A stretch of DNA of 17,841 nt, taken from contig JAEORO010000129.1 in NCBI GenBank assembly GCA_016840855.1, positions 1-17,841 on the forward strand, given 5' to 3'. The notes beneath the pieces are model-generated. The model saw nothing but the letters and a program-made list of their open reading frames with translations. It was not told the origin of the DNA and did no database searches. Each line of letters starts with the position of its first letter. Within the stretch, counting starts at the first letter, position 1. Of the stretch, positions 16,005-17,841 are shown piece by piece. The translations under genes and the position numbers were made by a program. This DNA comes from Candidatus Thorarchaeota archaeon (GTDB lineage: Archaea > Asgardarchaeota > Thorarchaeia > Thorarchaeales > Thorarchaeaceae).

Positions 16005-16964
16005 GTGCTGTCAGACGGCGAGTGTTCTGGAAATACACCAAAAAGGTATACCCATCAGCTTGCGATTGAACCTGCTATAACAGGGACTAAGCTTGGACAT
16101 ATACGGAGAGATGAATCGGGTAGGACAAGAGCGAAGTCGTGTATCCAAGATGAGATACTAATCATGCTAAGCGATGTATCCCTCCATGGGTATGGAATAT
16201 GGAACATCATACTTGAGAGATACCCCGACATGAGGCTCAATACTCTGTACCGGTGGATGAATGATCTGGAGTCGCAAGGTCTAATTGAAGCAAAGATCAA
16301 ACAGGGTGTTCGTGGGCCGGACAGAAAGGTGTACACACTGACAAATGAGGGACAACAACGCATCAAGCAGTTGACAAGAGATGCACTCAGACTCATGGTT
16401 GATATCTATAGAAGATACAGATTGTTCTCTGCACAATATTTCAACAATATTCAACGTACAGCTGATTTGCCAAGCTCCAAGGGTAGAGTATTGATTGCCC
16501 CATTCCAGCGATTCCTCGACATTGAGTCTAGTCTGATAAGAAGTCTAGTTGACAACATGGTTGGTAGACCAATAGACTTTGTAGGTCATATACCTGAGAT
16601 ACCCAATAGAAAACCAAGACCACGAATTCTCAAAGGAAGCATTCGAGACCTGCCCGTCAGGAGTGAGATCTATGATGAGGTGTGGCTATGGGGGATGCCA
16701 AAAAGAGGAGGTTTCATTCCATCAGTTGATGAATGTAGGCGAGTGTTGGTAAAAGGAGGTGTTCTCTGCCTTGCCATCCCATTTCTTACTACATCAGACT
16801 GTGTATCACCGGGATTTGCCACATTCATCACCAACAGTATTGCGCAGGTATTTCCAGAGCTTGAGCTAATGGAACTCAACGAAGTGGCGTCAATCTTGAG
16901 TGAGTCCTTTGAAGACACAGGAATGCTTGAATTTGGCATCCATGTAATCTGGGCAAGAAAGTGA
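16005..16964 (+). CDS. PadR-family winged-helix regulator fused to a degenerate class I SAM-methyltransferase-like domain
   Basis: PadR motifs HGYGI, TLYRWMNDLESQGLI and GPDRKVYTLTNEG. The C-terminal GSIRDLPVRSEIYDEV...DECRRVLVKGGVLCL resembles MTase motifs II/III. The track start at 15933 lies inside the operators, so GTG 16005 or CTG 16008 (after GGAGTG) is preferred; the exact start is uncertain. Confidence 0.82.
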   Translation: MLSDGECSGNTPKRYTHQLAIEPAITGTKLGHIRRDESGRTRAKSCIQDEILIMLSDVSLHGYGIWNIILERYPDMRLNTLYRWMNDLESQGLIEAKIKQGVRGPDRKVYTLTNEGQQRIKQLTRDALRLMVDIYRRYRLFSAQYFNNIQRTADLPSSKGRVLIAPFQRFLDIESSLIRSLVDNMVGRPIDFVGHIPEIPNRKPRPRILKGSIRDLPVRSEIYDEVWLWGMPKRGGFIPSVDECRRVLVKGGVLCLAIPFLTTSDCVSPGFATFITNSIAQVFPELELMELNEVASILSESFEDTGMLEFGIHVIWARK

Positions 16965-17047
16965 ACATAGCAATTGGTCCAATCTTGATAGTTGACCATA
17001 GCGAGAATATCATGATGATCTTTGATTCAACTTTTCAAGATTGATAC

Positions 17048-17539
17048 TCAAACATCAGACTCATGCAGCTTTTCCCAACAATCAGTCCACCATTGTTGAA
17101 ATGGACCATCTGCGGATATCGAAATTCCAGTTTCAATTGCGATACTTAGTGGCATATCGTTCTTTACTTCGTCGACTTCAATCTCGACAAGTGCATATCT
17201 TTCATCAACTTTCCAAGGGTTATCTATGACCTTCGCTCTACCTTTTGCACTAATGGCAACGTTGGGAGGACATACCAAACAGATCGATACACGTTCATCC
17301 CTTATGATATTCGCTAATGTGTCGTGGTACCGATGAATTACAACACGAACAATTTTCGGACTGACTGCATGAAGACTCCCAAATGGGGCGGTGTGTGGTG
17401 ATCCATCCTCATCAACTGTTGCAAGGACTGTGCTTGGATTAAGTCCCCCATCAGCCTTGCGTAGCACATCAAATATTGTTTCAGGAAGGTCAGTCGATCT
17501 TCTCCAGCGTTCCTCAGGCTTTGCAGTTTCCTCAGTCAT
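17048..17539 (-). CDS. Pyridoxamine 5'-phosphate oxidase-like FMN/F420-binding split-barrel protein
   Basis: VLATVDEDGSPHTAP, TLANI..D.RVSI and ISAKGRAKVI. SD GGAGGTGA at 17544-17551 on the minus strand. Confidence 0.87.
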   Translation of the reverse strand: MTEETAKPEERWRRSTDLPETIFDVLRKADGGLNPSTVLATVDEDGSPHTAPFGSLHAVSPKIVRVVIHRYHDTLANIIRDERVSICLVCPPNVAISAKGRAKVIDNPWKVDERYALVEIEVDEVKNDMPLSIAIETGISISADGPFQQWWTDCWEKLHESDV

Positions 17540-17723
17540 ATATTCACCTCCAGCTCGAGCAGCACTCTAGACATCATAGTACTGCAATTTCTGCTACCAA
17601 TGTTTTACCTTAATACTATGAGTCCAAAATTGAGAGTATAGTTTGAGGATAATTATATCTCAGGATATTATTGAATTCTTTGAGTCCATCTAGATTTGAA
17701 AGCAGTTTGGACTGCCGTGTAGT

Positions 17724-17840
17724 TTATGGATGCATAATCTCAGCTAAGAATGCAGTCCCAAACATCAACAAGACAGCTACAAGGAGTGTTATGACAATCT
17801 CCAAAATCCTGTTTTTCATCTTCAAGAATGGAAATATGAA
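17724..17840 (-). CDS. 3' end of a probable membrane protein (partial, runs off the window end)
   Basis: Not in the track. Manual translation gives FIFPFLKMKNRILEIVITLLVAVLLMFGTAFLAEIMHP*, with one clear TM helix. Confidence 0.6.
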   Translation of the reverse strand, partial: FIFPFLKMKNRILEIVITLLVAVLLMFGTAFLAEIMHP

Positions 17841-17841
17841 T

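Noticed and set aside
2185-17229. Other short overlapping ORFs in the track (e.g. 2568-2870, 6067-6369, 7742-8143, 10101-10382, 16055-16396, 16670-16999)
   Set aside because: All overlap better-supported genes in antisense or alternate frames and lack motifs.
1-17841. CRISPR array, mobile element, defence or toxin-antitoxin system
   Set aside because: No spaced direct repeats, transposase, integrase or nuclease motifs, or terminal repeats were found by eye.

Overview
Gene-dense prokaryotic chromosomal window with 17 complete CDSs and 2 partial CDSs at the edges. I found no rRNA, tRNA, CRISPR array, transposase or integrase. Archaeal-type Shine-Dalgarno motifs (GGAGGT/GAGGTGA), frequent non-ATG starts and the gene mix suggest an archaeon, possibly Asgard/Thorarchaeia-like; this is inference only. 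From left to right: the tail of an acyl-CoA ligase, a membrane protein, a GNAT, a double-hot-dog MaoC dehydratase, an Ord-like amine dehydrogenase paired with a divergent class III aminotransferase, a Zn-finger plus tandem PH-like gene pair, an LVIVD propeller, FdhD, an orphan ORF, an ICMT/PEMT methyltransferase, a TPR-like protein, YjbQ, an Fe-S protein, a TIM barrel, a Cys-rich V4R-like protein, a PhnP-like hydrolase, two divergent regulators and a PPOX-like protein. The strongest unexplained signal is between the two regulators: two copies of the palindrome CGGCAA-N16-TTGCCG, 47 bp apart. They separate a duplicated wHTH/Lrp-like regulator from a PadR fused to a degenerate methyltransferase fold, which makes a candidate metabolite-sensing regulatory switch. 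Other leads are probable CTG start codons, a 22-bp near-perfect palindrome before the ICMT gene, and an in-frame TGA-GTG junction joining the Zn-finger and PH-like genes.
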